A DNA stretch of 63,285 nucleotides, counting the filler, from Collodictyon triciliatum (lineage: Eukaryota), in NCBI GenBank assembly GCA_043381765.1. It is 6 parts of 6 records of this genome, joined end to end, with 100 filler letters (N's around TTAATTAATTAA, not from the genome) between each part and the next. Parts side by side here need not be neighbours in the genome. Positions count along the whole stretch, not along the records: positions 1 to 13,321 come from JBHJMP010002008.1; positions 13,422 to 26,719 come from JBHJMP010002011.1; positions 26,820 to 40,093 come from JBHJMP010002012.1; 3 more parts are not named here. One strand, given 5' to 3'. The translations under genes were made by a program, and so were the position numbers. Shown piece after piece: positions 9,577 through 35,124 of this stretch (its first letter is position 1; each line of letters opens with the position of its first letter). The notes under the pieces are model-generated. The model saw only the letters and a list, made by a program, of their open reading frames with translations. It had not been told where the DNA came from and made no database searches.

Positions 9577-10161
9577 TCAAGCGTCGGAAGATGACCGTGG
9601 TTTCTTCGCAGGCCTCTTCTTAGATTTCTTTATCTCAGTACTGATCTCCTTGGCCAGGGCTACAAGTTCGTCTGGCTTTTTCTCTCTCTTCTGCGCTTCG
9701 TCCTTGTCTTCTTCTTGAAGCATCTTTTCAACCTTAGCTACAACCTTGCGTTTCTCTGCACGGGCAGGAGCATTCTCCATATGTTTTTTCAATCCTTTCT
9801 CTCGCTTGGCTTTGTTTGCTTCTTCGGACTGTCGGTAAATGTCGCCGATGTCCTTTGTGTTGTTTGTCCATATCTTGCCATAGTTTGTCATGCCCAAAAC
9901 TTTTCCGTCTTGGTCTTTCCAGAGAGCGTCTCCGACTTCATTCTGAATCAGAGACACAAACCCTTGGTTGACCTTGGCTGGGTATTCCTTGTCTTTGTAA
10001 GTGCGAGCTTTCATCTCGTACATAATGTAGTCACCTTTCTTGAGGTCACTGTATTGAACCTTTGTGTAATCTTTGTCGTCGGTAGGCAAGGCAGTCTTGG
10101 TCTTGGGTTTTTTCGCGTCATCTTCGCTGGGGGTTTTGCGGACATACTTACGGGGCGGCAT
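9577..10161 (-). CDS. Lys-rich hypothetical viral protein (194 aa from first plausible ATG)
   Basis: MPPRKYVRK... with a small beta-rich core (YSDLKKGDYIMYE) and basic termini. Confidence 0.7.
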   Translation of the reverse strand: MPPRKYVRKTPSEDDAKKPKTKTALPTDDKDYTKVQYSDLKKGDYIMYEMKARTYKDKEYPAKVNQGFVSLIQNEVGDALWKDQDGKVLGMTNYGKIWTNNTKDIGDIYRQSEEANKAKREKGLKKHMENAPARAEKRKVVAKVEKMLQEEDKDEAQKREKKPDELVALAKEISTEIKKSKKRPAKKPRSSSDA

Positions 10162-10251
10162 ATCAAATTGAAAGATAAGTTTTATACAAATCAAACGCAA
10201 AGGTTTTAAGTATGTAATTAACGTAGTACTAACTATATCAAATAGATTACA

Positions 10252-10497
10252 ATGAGCAGCCGTTCTTTCCATCGTATTCAAAATAAAGGATTCAGGCCGA
10301 TTGCCGGAATGTGCGTGACTGATTTGAACGTAGAGAACGTAATCGAACATCAGCATCCACAACTGCAAAACAAAGGTGCCGTGATAAAAGACGGAGACAA
10401 GGCTGCGCGTCGAGAATTGCTCAAGATAGCATTGGAAAAGAAGAAGATGGCAGAAGGGCAGAGACTGGTTGTCGCCGCGTCCAAGCTGAAGAAATAA
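10252..10497 (+). CDS. Small hypothetical viral protein (81 aa)
   Basis: Last ORF before the terminal repeats; divergent from 9577-10161. Confidence 0.55.
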   Translation: MSSRSFHRIQNKGFRPIAGMCVTDLNVENVIEHQHPQLQNKGAVIKDGDKAARRELLKIALEKKKMAEGQRLVVAASKLKK

Positions 10498-10515
10498 ACC
10501 GACAACACATACTAT

Positions 10516-10585
10516 ATATGGAAGGTGTAAGTTGATTAAGGGTGGAAGGCGGCTGCATATGGAAGGTATGCGTTAATTAAGGGTG
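10516..10585 (+). repeat. Two imperfect 29-bp direct repeats (period 41), subterminal
   Basis: ATATGGAAGGTGTAAGTTGATTAAGGGTG (10516) vs ATATGGAAGGTATGCGTTAATTAAGGGTG (10557). Confidence 0.8.
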
Positions 10586-10652
10586 TAATGTACTGTGGTC
10601 AAGGGCGGAAGACAGTATATAAAGGCCTAATTCGGCGGGTTGAGAAGAACGC

Positions 10653-10695
10653 TGTGGAAATTGAAACTCCATAATATATAGTTTCAATTTCCACA
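10653..10695. repeat. Perfect 16-bp inverted repeat at the putative element end
   Basis: TGTGGAAATTGAAACT (10653-10668), 11-nt loop, AGTTTCAATTTCCACA (10680-10695). Confidence 0.9.
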
Positions 10696-13321
10696 CAAAT
10701 ATCATTAAAATTGTATTTTATCCTTTGCTTGTCATATGTTTTATGATTTGATATGTACATAATTGGTTAATATTAAATCATATAACTCAACATCTGGAAT
10801 CCTTGAAGCACTGTGCCTTTGACCCACTCGAAAAGCCAAAAGACGAGCTAGTCTGTGACATGCACTTAACTTGCATCGCCGATAAGGCTCTATGCACGCT
10901 CATGAAATAGTCTGAAAAATAGCATTCGCAGTTTCAAACGGGAACATAATTGACTTGGTTAGGAAAATATATGTATTTATCTTTCACTCCAAAAAATGAC
11001 ACATCATTGAAATATCACCGCTTCAGAATATCTCCAGTGTTCTACGATATATTTTGAATCAATAAATAAGACAATAGGATGCCTCCGGAGGAAAGTTTGG
11101 CCTCGGATTGAATCCATGTCAGGGCCCTTGGTAGTTGCAGCCGTTTAGAGTTGTAATATTTCTCAACACTCTCGGATGCATAGTGATGAACCAAGAATCC
11201 AGCTCCCGTACCAAGCTGACCTTGACCCGAATTTGATGCGTTCATTGCGTTCAAACAAGATGCATACAACAACGGCGGACTGTAGAAAAATGCAAAAAAA
11301 AAACCCTTTCTTTGAATTGAACGAAGGATATAAAATTATTAAAAGTATTATTATTTGCAGTACACTGTTCTGTGTTTCATGAGCGAAAGGCATACATTTC
11401 ATCCTATGCAAAAATATTGTAAGGCTTGTTGATTTTGTTTGCACATTTTGTGTTCCTGGAAAATTTTGCTATTTTTTATTATTAAATTATATGTAAGAAA
11501 TTATAATATACACAACCTGTGTGGACGGTGTTCAACTCTTGCGCGTGTGTCACTTGCCCTCAATATAATAATTTTATTATTTTATATGAAATATATGTTA
11601 TTGTAATTTCTTCAAGATGCGGGCTTTGCGTGGCCTGTTCAACTTTGGTACTTTGAGCCTGTAAGGCACCGGCAGTGTTGTTCAACTATTAATGTAATAT
11701 TTTTTGTAAAATATTAAGTTGTTTTATATAAATGTATTGAAAGATTTTTAGCAAACGTGTTCATAAAGCTTCAGAGCGTGTAAGCACAGGATATTTATAG
11801 CTGTTGTTGCAGTAGAGAATGTTAAGGAATTTCGCATGACACTGTCCTTATTCTGTTTGTGAGGTCTCTATTTATCCACATCACTGGCACATTTGTGAGT
11901 GATGCGACTCCACATGCGGCTCCTCCATCTGTTCGCATACTTGTTAGCTACTGAAGCGAAAACAAACAAAAAAAATATGTAAAATTATATATGCACAAAT
12001 AATAATAAAAAAATTATGAATAATTCAAACTTGACTTAAACTTACTGGATTTGCATAAACACAAAGAGAAGTAAAACTGGTCAAGAAAGGTATTTATGGT
12101 GGTATCAAACAAGAATTATATAAAGAATAATTTTATCAAAACAAATATTCGAATAAGAAAAGCACTGAAAGGAGCAGTTTCAGATTATTTGCTTTTAAGA
12201 AACAGAAATACACACTCAAGCAAGGTGGAAATATCGTGAACATCAGTAAATGCTCTCTGCTCCTTTAGAAATGCAATTTTTTGAGGTATTACAGCGAATA
12301 ATAGCAAGTGTTTTCAATATATTCCTTAATGTGCAAGCAAATCGATAAGCTTGTGGTAATGCTTTGAAGGTTTTTTTATGATTTGCCAAACATCTTTTAT
12401 AGTAGATACAAAAATTTCGAAGACGATGTTTTTGTATATATGAGTTATGTTGCTTTTAATTGATTCAAGGTAGCAGTTTTTTTTATTTTTCCTTGGTTTC
12501 ATTTCAACTAATCACTAATAGAAAACAATGTCGAGCTGCTGCCTTCGCCTTTAGGACAAACACGAGATACGGATGAGACAGTGGAAAACTTGAACTTTAT
12601 GTATTTGGATTTTTTTGTTTAGATAAAATAAAATAAAAGATAGATAGAAAGAGATGAGTAGTAATGTAAGAAAAGATATACCGGTTGGTGAAATAGAAAG
12701 GCAGCAAGGTGTTTTTACACACAGACTTTTCTTCCTGAAGTGGGTTAAATCAAACATGGTCTTAAGATTGTAGGCACGGGCGCCAACATCTTATTCTGTT
12801 GTGAAAAAAAAAATTAAAAAAAAAAACTCCAACGCAGTTTCATATTGTGTTCGAGACTGACATAAGGGCGGATAAAATTGTCGGGTCGATAAAAGTACTC
12901 ACAAATCAGTTACCTTAAAAACAATTTCAAGGAATTTTATTACCTGTCTATTTCAGAGAGTTATTATATTATTCAACGCGAGTGTCATTTAAATAAAGAC
13001 TATGATATATAACAACAATAAGTGGTGCAGTTGAGCAAGGGGATTGAAAGGCAAATAACACAGGGATTTTTCTTATATTTGGTTATGTTGTGGTTGGTAC
13101 AATCTTACAAATATTCGAAATTATACCAGAAAAATATTCTGGAAGTTTAAGAAGTAATTTGTTTATGGTTATTTGTCGTGTGCAAGGTATTTCATTTGCG
13201 ATGATGTTTTGGTGGATTCCCTATTTATTTTTCTTTTGTTTACAGTTGTTATTTGTTACGATAACTATATCTAAAGTTTTCTCATTCCATTTTTATATAT
13301 ACGCTTGTACTTTATGAGATG

Positions 13322-13421
13322 NNNNNNNNNNNNNNNNNNNNNNNNNNNNNNNNNNNNNNNNNNNNTTAATTAATTAANNNNNNNNNNNNNNNNNNNNNNN
13401 NNNNNNNNNNNNNNNNNNNNN
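13322..13421. other. Synthetic contig linker
   Basis: N44-TTAATTAATTAA-N44 (six-frame stop spacer). Confidence 0.98.
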
Positions 13422-13632
13422 AAAAACAAAAAACAAAAAACAAAAAACAAAAAACAAAAAACAAAAAACAAAAAACAAAAAACAAAAAACAAAAAACAAA
13501 AAACAAAAAACAAAAAAACTAAAAAAAATAAAAAAAAAAAAACAGGCTTGCAATAAATTCAAGTTCACGGATTCTTTGATTGGGCTGGGCGGGTGATGCA
13601 GACCCGAGGGCAAATGCTTTATCAGAGCCTCT

Positions 13633-26530
<12,898 letters not shown>

Positions 26531-26719
26531 CCGTCGCAGCGCAGTCGGCTGTCCAGTACGATAGGGCGAAGCAAAGGACGGATTTCTGTTTTTTGTTTTT
26601 CTGTTTTTCTGTTTCTCTGTTTTTCTGTTTTTCTGTTTTTCTGTTTTTCTGTTTTTCTGTTTTTCTGTTTTTCTGTTTTTCTGTTTTTCTGTTTTTCTGT
26701 TTTTCTGTTTTTCTGTTTT

Positions 26720-26819
26720 NNNNNNNNNNNNNNNNNNNNNNNNNNNNNNNNNNNNNNNNNNNNTTAATTAATTAANNNNNNNNNNNNNNNNNNNNNNNNN
26801 NNNNNNNNNNNNNNNNNNN
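26720..26819. other. Synthetic contig linker, flanked by (TTTTTCTG)n and (TTTTTG)n repeats
   Basis: N44-TTAATTAATTAA-N44. Confidence 0.98.
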
Positions 26820-27188
26820 TTTTTGTTTTTGTTTTTGTTTTTGTTTTTGTTTTTGTTTTTGTTTTTGTTTTTGTTTTTGTTTTTGTTTTTGTTTTTGTTT
26901 TTGTTTTTGTTTTTGCTTGGCCTAAAGAAGCTCCTCACCCTTGCAACATACCGCTTAGACCCACTACAAATACAAGCCCGGTTCTCGTTTTCTCCTACCA
27001 TCGTTTCATACACGTTCTCTCTCAGCTGACTTCATCCCTGTGCGCATTAGTCCAATTTGAGCACCTAGCCGCTTTTGTCACTGTCTGGCTTTTTTTTTTT
27101 TTTTGTCGCAGAGCCACGCTAGCTGTGGCAGCTGTGCACTTTTTGCATTCTAATACTCACAGGGTTTCACTCAGATCTCCCTACTGCT

Positions 27189-30100
27189 ATGTCAGAGGAC
27201 GAGATCGTGGCAGAGAGTGAAGATTCACAGCACATTTCGTCCCAAGTATGAATTTTTACTATAAATATAGTCTTAATAGAAACTCATTAGCACTGTTCCC
27301 TCATTCCCCTCGGCCCAAGTCACCATAGTTAAAGACATGCTTCCTTTTTTTTTTTTATGAGGATTTTTTTCTTCTCGTTCCTTTGAATTGTGTTATTCGC
27401 GCGAGCACCTGCTCTGCGACCGAAAATGAAAATATGCCAAGTCAAGTCTAAGATAATATCATACATTCTCCATTCTCCTAAGGATGGACCGAATTTTGAT
27501 ATAAAACTAGTGTCGAAACGGAGGGTAAAACTCTATCAGCTGAATGACGACGGACAATGGGATGACAAGGGGACTGGTCACGTTGGAATTTTCTTTATTG
27601 CGGTATGCGTTGGAAATAGAATCTACATATACAATAATAGCAGAAAACGCAGCTTTTATTTGAGTTGTTCATATAATCTTTCTGTCTCTGGATAGGGAAA
27701 CCATGTCATCGTGATGAAATCTGAAGATGAACCCAATGAAATATTACTTCGAAATAAGATTTCTAACAGGGATTTTTATCAAAGGCAACAAGGTTTCCCT
27801 TTATTTACTATACAAATCTCGTTTTTTTCTAAAGAGGAGAAATTCTTATTCTCTGAAAAATACTGTACAAATTTGAATTTTTATTTTAATTGACACACGA
27901 ACCCTGCGTCTTCCACTGGCTCCACAGAAACTCTTATCGTATTCCAAGACCCCGACCGTTCCCTGGACTTGGCCCTGAGCTTCCAAGAGCCTGATGGTTG
28001 CAACGAAATATGGTTTGTTTTCTAAATGCGAATTGACCAAATGTTTTGTAGCTTGATGGGTTGTTTCTCGAAGAAAATATATGTACATATCAGTGTCCCA
28101 TTAGGATGTATTATGCAAACAATATGATTTTCCCACACTGCTATCTAAACCCATTGATTATGTTCAACTGCCACAGGGACGAAATTCAAGGATACTTGCT
28201 CGGAATTCAAGACGGTAATCACATAGGAAAAACAATTCATCACCACTTCTAATTTTTCCTTTCTAAATAGAACAATGTCTTGACCAAATGCTATTTTCAT
28301 GGCTCAATTTTAACCGAGAATCATGCGAATGTAAGGCACGAGTTCGGTTACGAAGGCTCACAGCACAATTTATTATAGATTCGCAGCAAAACTTACCCAC
28401 TCCAGAAACCGGAAATTTGAAGGACATATTAAACATACTTCACGATCCTATCGGAAGAGCAAAAGAAGCTATTTTGCGTCGAATAATCGATGATGTAAAT
28501 TTTATAATCTTACGTGTGCGCTATGTTATTTCCCTGGTTGATATATTACCGAATTTCCATTTGTCCGAAAACAGACCCATGGGTCTTGTACATTTATGAT
28601 AACACAATTAAATGCGTAGGATTACGTTCGAGCTTTGTTGAATTTTTTCCATGACTATGAAACCCAGCTGAATGAAGAGCAATTGACAGACCTTTTTAAA
28701 ATAGCAAAATCTCTAGGTGTGTTTCTTATCTAATGGAATAAACAACCAAATAAATACAATTGTGCTTCGTCATAACTCACATCATATTCCCTTGGTATAC
28801 GCATCTAGTCATGCTAAACGATTCTACAATCTTGGAAGCCCTATTTGATGACCGTAATATACTAGATATTCTTGGTATATTTGAATGTAAGACCCTGACA
28901 CAAACTTTTTGAACTACATCGCATATCATGTAATTTATATATTTAGCTTGAATTATATGATTTGAATGCCCTCTATTTCACACTGTTAAATATGCGATGA
29001 AATGATTCATGTTGTCTTTCTATGCCTCTTTTTTTTTTTATCTGTTTAGATGACTATGATATCCCCGTCCAATCAAGGATGAAACATAGATTGTTTATAA
29101 ACTCTCGCGTATCCTTTAAAGAGGTTTTTTTTTCCTCTTTCCCTTAAATCCTATTTCACTGCGAATTCATGAATCATACTATTATGGATATCAATCTTTT
29201 CTTTGTAAACTTCGATTGACGACCAAATGAATTATTCTTCCATTTCTTAAAAGGTCGTTCCGATCGACAACCCCGCCATCTTATCAAAAATCCATCAAAA
29301 TTTCCGTATAACCTACGTCAAAGATGTCGTTCTTCCCAGATACCTCGACGATGGTACATTCGGAACCCTCAATTCAATAATTTACTTTAATACCATGGAG
29401 ATAGCCACTTCTTTATCATCAGACTCTTCATTTCTTGAAAATCTGTAAGTTGATTCAACTCCCTTTCTTGAATACAACTACTATTCCTTCATCAAATCAC
29501 ATTATGCTTTTTTTCCATCAAAATTATTCGTGACTAACTTTTGGCTATTTGAGTGAGAAAAATAAAGGTATATTCTTTTAACAATCAACTGTCAAAAACA
29601 ATTATTCGCATACTAGATTTTCAAAACTCGGAAAGGCATATGAGGAAAATGAAAACGTGGTCGACCTGGTCACTTTTTTGCAAGAGCTTTGCAATATGTC
29701 GAAAACTTTGCAAATGCATATCCGACCTGGGATATACAAGTATTTGAAAATTTTATTTTCATAAGCTTTTGATTCCATTTGCCGTTTTTATCCATTCCAG
29801 AGGAACTGAACAAAAGTTTGATTGATTATGTAATAGATCACTGGCAGAAAATGGTATATATGATATGCTTCCAAAAATCATCACAGATTCCAATACATCA
29901 GTAAGAGTCATTGGGTAGGTTTACAAAGTATATATATATTATCAATCAATATATTGTTTAGTCGATCACCTGTACGATTTTTATTCAACGAGGTAGGCAC
30001 CAACGATTTTTCTCTTTCGTTTTACGTAAACAGCACGGATATTCTGTTATCCATGATTAACCAGGATGCCGGGGCTGTTCGGAAAAGTATATTGAAGCAA

Positions 30101-31976
30101 AAGCCTCATTTCAAATTATTCACCGCAATTGTTAATCAGTTGGTTGCTGACTCTGAAGTCGGTGTTCAGCTTCAGCTTAGTGAGATTCTAAAGTCTCTCC
30201 TCGATTTTACGGATGGACAGGTTTGGGAAAATTGTTACCCAGAACATATATATTTGTCATGATAGCGATTCTCTTTTTGTCAAATCATCTATCATAACTC
30301 ATTTATGGATAACACAGAGATTGCAATCGGAGAAAGACGAAATGTTGTCTACATTCTATGATAACCTCATAACAACCTTCTGTGAACCCATCATGGAAAA
30401 CCCAGAAGGTAACTCAATTCATAACAAAGTCTTTCCCCCTATTGTTACTATGTACTAGGATAGGGAGTGTCTGTTGTCGCCATTTTTGCATATTATTTTG
30501 TTTGAACCCGATTTCTTGTGCAGTTGGACCGGAAGTAGGCTTCGACCCTCGAGGTCAACTGAAAAATATTATATGCGACCTTTTGTGCTTCTTTCTCCAA
30601 AACCACACATATCGAATCAAATATCATATTCTCAGAGCGGGGGTTACCCAAAAAATCATGCAGCTTGCATATCATAAGGAAAAATACCTCGTATTATGTA
30701 AGTTTCGTAAAGCATCAACACATCTTTGAACCTCGATTCCATATTAAATAAACTTACAAGCTAAGTCGGTCTGTTGATTGTCTCATAAATATGTGATTTA
30801 TTGCATCCAGCCGCAATTCGCTTCTTCAAGGCCTTGATTGCTACGAAGGACGATTTTTACTTCCGTTCCATCATCAAGCTAAATCTCTTCAATATCATAT
30901 TCGAAGTATTTCTAAAGAACGGGTCCAAATACAATCTCATCAATTCTGCCATCTTGGAGCTTTTTGAGATAATACGGAAGGTAAAGCTAATAGGAGAGTA
31001 ATGTAATTGTTATTATTCTTATTGTAATAAAAAAAAATTCAAACCGCACTTGCGTACCGCAATCATTACGGTATGACAATGAGGGAATGAGTTTGTCTCG
31101 GATGCATACTATCTATTTCAAAGAACACTCCCAGCACAGTATCCACTGAAACATTTGGTTTGCATGACAGGAGAACATAAAGTCCCTCATCAACCACATC
31201 GTGGAGAACCATGAGGCATCCTTCGATGGAGTGACATACGTGGAAACATTCAAGATGTTGAAGCTGCGTTATGAACAGAATGGAGAGCACACAACCCGGC
31301 CCGAGCCACGAAAGTACATCAAAAATACATTTCTTTTATTCAGTTCTTGTGAAAGTAATCTGATAATAGAAACAAAATGTGGGTTATTGCCTTCTGTTCA
31401 TCAGTTCTTGTGTGATTATTTGGTTCTGGTCAATATCTACTAACTTTTAGACAATGCTGCATTAGAGCGGTCGTTGTCCCCACGCTGCAATCCAATTTCA
31501 AGGAGGAAGAAGAGGAGGAAGAGTATTTTAACCGCAGCGATGATGAGGATGATACCACCCCGTCAACCCCACCGATGAATCACCAGGCTGTTTCAGATGA
31601 CTCTGAAAACCAGCGGCCCGAATCAGCCGCAGCACAGGGTTCATCAGAAAGGAAGCAACAGGATGAAAATAGTAACGGGATTCGACTGGTGGATTATGAG
31701 GAGACCAACGAAAAGACCAGCGAGAAGACCGAGATTGAGACCGAGACCAAGGTGGAAGCGGAAGGTAGCGAGGTGGAAGGAGGTATCAAATCCCAGACGC
31801 AGCCCACAGAGCAGACAGCACACGAGGGCCTGGAGGCAGCAAGCTCGGTGGAAGGCCAACAATCCAACATGGATGAAGGAACAGTACGAGCCAGGGAGAA
31901 AGACACTTTGTTAGCTGCTGGCCCTGAGCCGGACAGTGAAACGCCACCGTCCAAGAGGCAAAAATCGGAGTCGTAA
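27189..31976 (+). CDS. PPP4R3: Protein phosphatase 4 regulatory subunit 3 (SMEK/Psy2-like), multi-exon
   Basis: EVH1-like RRVKLYQLNDDGQWDDKGTGHV, DLALSFQEPDGCNEIW, KIHQNFRITYVKDVVLPRYLDD, KYNLINSAILELFEIIRKENIK, and acidic tail ending PPSKRQKSES*. Confidence 0.92.
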
Positions 31977-32651
31977 TTTTGTGGTCTTTAGTCCTCTATT
32001 TTCTTTTGTTATGTTTCTTTTGTTTTCTTTTTTCTTTCTCTCTCTCTCCTTCTCCCTCTTCAAGCCCCTCCTCAATTCCTTCATTTCTATTCCCCTACGC
32101 TCTCCATTCCCTCTTGCCCTGGCCGCTGCAATCGGGGGATGGGCGGTACTAAAATACACGAGTTGCTTGGAAAAGTGCACCCATAAACACGAACGAGCTG
32201 ACAAACCCAGCTCTATCTTTGCGTTTCCTACGCACCTGCACCATCACCCTTTTCCCGATTCGCTGTGTCCTAAAATAAAGAACGGATTTGAATATTCAAA
32301 CATTTAAACCTATATGTTTTCAAAATTCAAATGCAAATGCCACCCTGGCACATATACCAAACCCAGAGTTGCGAGGACGGGGTTGTGTGAAAATGGTGGC
32401 CGGCGGGTTCTCCAACAACACTCAAGCAATCGAACTCTCCGCCGCACCAGTCCTCCAACTCTGGGCGAGATACACAAACATACTCACCAAAGCCCCTGGC
32501 TCTATCTCAACCGTGCTGATATTATACACCCGAACAACATTTTGTCTGTCTATACGGACAGAACTGATGTGGCCTCTTTCCTCGACAGCACGCACAAACA
32601 GAGGAAAGCGCACCATCAAGGAGACAATCCGTCTGGTGGGACGCATAGACA

Positions 32652-35124
32652 ATGGGCCGACCATCGAGCGAGTTGCAAACCAGCCAGGACACAGCATATT
32701 CGACAGCGAGTGTAGAGGGCCGGCGGTACAGAGCAAACGACGCCGCAGCAAGGGCGCACAAAGCCGACCTTCTAGAAGACACACAGTCGGCGGGCAGCGG
32801 TGGCTCTGAAACGCCAGCGTCCAGCCAACAGACACTCAGCCAGTCGGGCAGCCTGCGGGGTGGGTCGCGCAACCCGTGGACTCCGGAGGACGACCAGCGG
32901 CTTATCAAGGCGGTGGAGTACTACAAGGGGCGAGCGTGGAAGAAGATCGCAGAGCTCGTGCCGGGCAGGACGGACGTCCAATGCCTGCACCGGTGGCAGA
33001 AGGTGCTGAACCCGGAACTTGTCAAGGGCCCGTGGACCAAGGAAGTCTGAGTTGCACATGCGCATTTGTACCCGTTTCCCCACACAATTAGTCACCTGAT
33101 TCACTTTCTTCACTCAGCCACTCAGCCACTCAGTCACCCAGTCACTCAGCCACTCAGCCACTCAGCCCCCCTTGATTCACCCAACCACCCACCCACAGGA
33201 GGACGACCGGCTGAGCGAACTGGTCACGAAGCAGGGCCCGCGGCGGTGGTCCAACATCGCGGCGCAACTGAACGGGCGCATCGGCAAGCAGTGCCGCGAG
33301 CGATGGCACAACCACCTGAACCCGGACATCAACAAGAACCCGTGGACTGCGCAGGAGGAGCAGCTCATCAGCCACTGCCACCGTATCATGGGCAACCGCT
33401 GGGCGGAGATAGCAAAGCACCTGCCGGGCCGCACAGACAATGCCATCAAGAACCACTGGAACTCCACCCTGCGGCGCAGGGCCTGCCCGGAGGAGCATCC
33501 CGCCCTGGTGGTTGTCGACGCCGACATCGACGTTGGCAACGAGACCGACACGGACACGGACACGGACGCCCCGGCCCAGCATCCGCATCCGCATCCGCAT
33601 CCGCCCGCCGCAGGCAGACAACGCAAGCGGCCAAATGTGCGCACCCCCGCCGAGAACAGCGACCCCAACCAGAAGCGGGCAGCGGACGCAGGCAGACACC
33701 CGCCAAGACGCTCCGCACACGGCAGCATCGGCGGCACAAACAACCGCGACGGCCACGACGGCTACGACGGCGACGTCTCGTTTGCCGCGGATCCTGCAGC
33801 CGGCCCGGGCCTGTCGCTGCTGTCTGCGCTGCCGCGCCTTGCCACGCCCCAGAAGCTCCTCCCGCATGCCCCCGCCTCTGCCCCCGCCTCTGCCCCCGCT
33901 GCTACTGCTGCTGTCGTCAGCGACCCGCACGTGTCCCCTCCCCTCGACTACGACACGTCGGCCTCTCTTGTCGGAGGCTTCGGCCACGGATATGCGTCTG
34001 CATCCAGTGTCTCAAAGTCCTTCGCGTCGCCGCTCGACATCGCAACCCCGACAAAGCCACCCGCTCCGTCCGCCTCTGCCGCCCCCCACGACAGGCACGA
34101 CATCTTCCTGCAGTCTCCCTTCGACTCCTTTGCAAAGCGCGTCATCGAATTCGGCAGCCCCTCTGCCGCGTTCCCCCTCTTCAGCCCCTATCGCCCTCTC
34201 AGCAAGGTAGTAGATGTCCTCGCCAAACTCTGGTCTCTAACAACCTGCTTCTTTTCGACTGCCCCGCTTCCCTCTTTTTCATGCAAAGCTGTACTAGCAC
34301 ACATGCGCCTGTTTCCTCATCTCTTTTTCGTAACAAACCCAGCACGTCTTGTGCCCTTCTACTATACTACTTTCTTTAGATTAGGCGTTTTCTCACACAA
34401 TCTCTTACAGTACATGGAATCGCCATTGCCCTTGCGTGATTCAACCCCGCACGAGGCATCTACCCCTTACAGCCCCCGAATTACTACGAGCAATGGAGCT
34501 AGATGGCTTCTTGACCAACCCCAGTCAAAACCCTGGAATCACGCCCAACTCTCACCAATGACGTTCGACACAAAGACATGTCCCTATGACGGCCCGGGCT
34601 CACTCTTTTCTCCTCTGGCCTATACCAGCAGCCCACAGATTTACTCAAAGAGTGGTATCATTACGACACCAGTATTTTCAAGGTGAATTTCAAATACCCA
34701 AACTAACGCCTCGAACTTCCTTCCACACACACTTCTTCACTTGGAAAATATACAACATAAGCTTGTCTAATATTTCTTTTACTTCTCTCTTGCCCAACCA
34801 CCACCCATGATTTTACTGCACACCGTACGCGTTGCATTCCCCAGGAACAAGATTGAAACTACTCTCAAAAATCCATACACAAACCATGCCCAAAAACCTA
34901 ATGACGCTGTTGATCTATCTCCTATCAAAACGGAGCGAACAGCTGGTCCATATTTCGGTCGAGCGTCCCCTCAACCGAGGCATTTTGGGGCACGAGCGTT
35001 GGACTTTGTTAGTTCCTGTGATAGCTCAATTTATTCGCTGGCTGAGGAGATTATCAGACGTACCACGTCGTCTGATGAAGCCTCAAAGCAGAATCCTAAT
35101 CCTGACTCGTCAGATAATACCTAA
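32652..35124 (+). CDS. R1R2R3 (3R) MYB transcription factor, ~4 exons
   Basis: Three MYB repeats: [85 protein letters not shown]. 3' exons are inferred. Confidence 0.92.

Larger units (their letters stand above)
1..10697. mobile_element. Integrated Polinton-like virus / virophage-like element (left part outside window)
   Basis: Dense, intronless ORFs with short intergenics: fibre, penton-like protein, A32 ATPase, PolA-like/SF3 helicase, rve integrase. Repeats and a hairpin at 10516-10697 are followed by an abrupt switch to AT-rich, ORF-poor DNA. The right boundary is inferred. Confidence 0.88.

Noticed and set aside
8802-10209. Antisense ORFs over the integrase and the Lys-rich gene
   Set aside because: Shadow ORFs of real genes with no recognisable motifs.
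10516-10585. Direct repeats as a mini CRISPR array
   Set aside because: Only two imperfect units with a 12-bp gap, no cas genes, and a eukaryotic viral context.
33066-34379. Long overlapping alternative-frame and antisense ORFs over the MYB gene (and over the MTO1 5' end)
   Set aside because: Expected by-product of high GC content; the MYB and MTO1 frames explain the regions.
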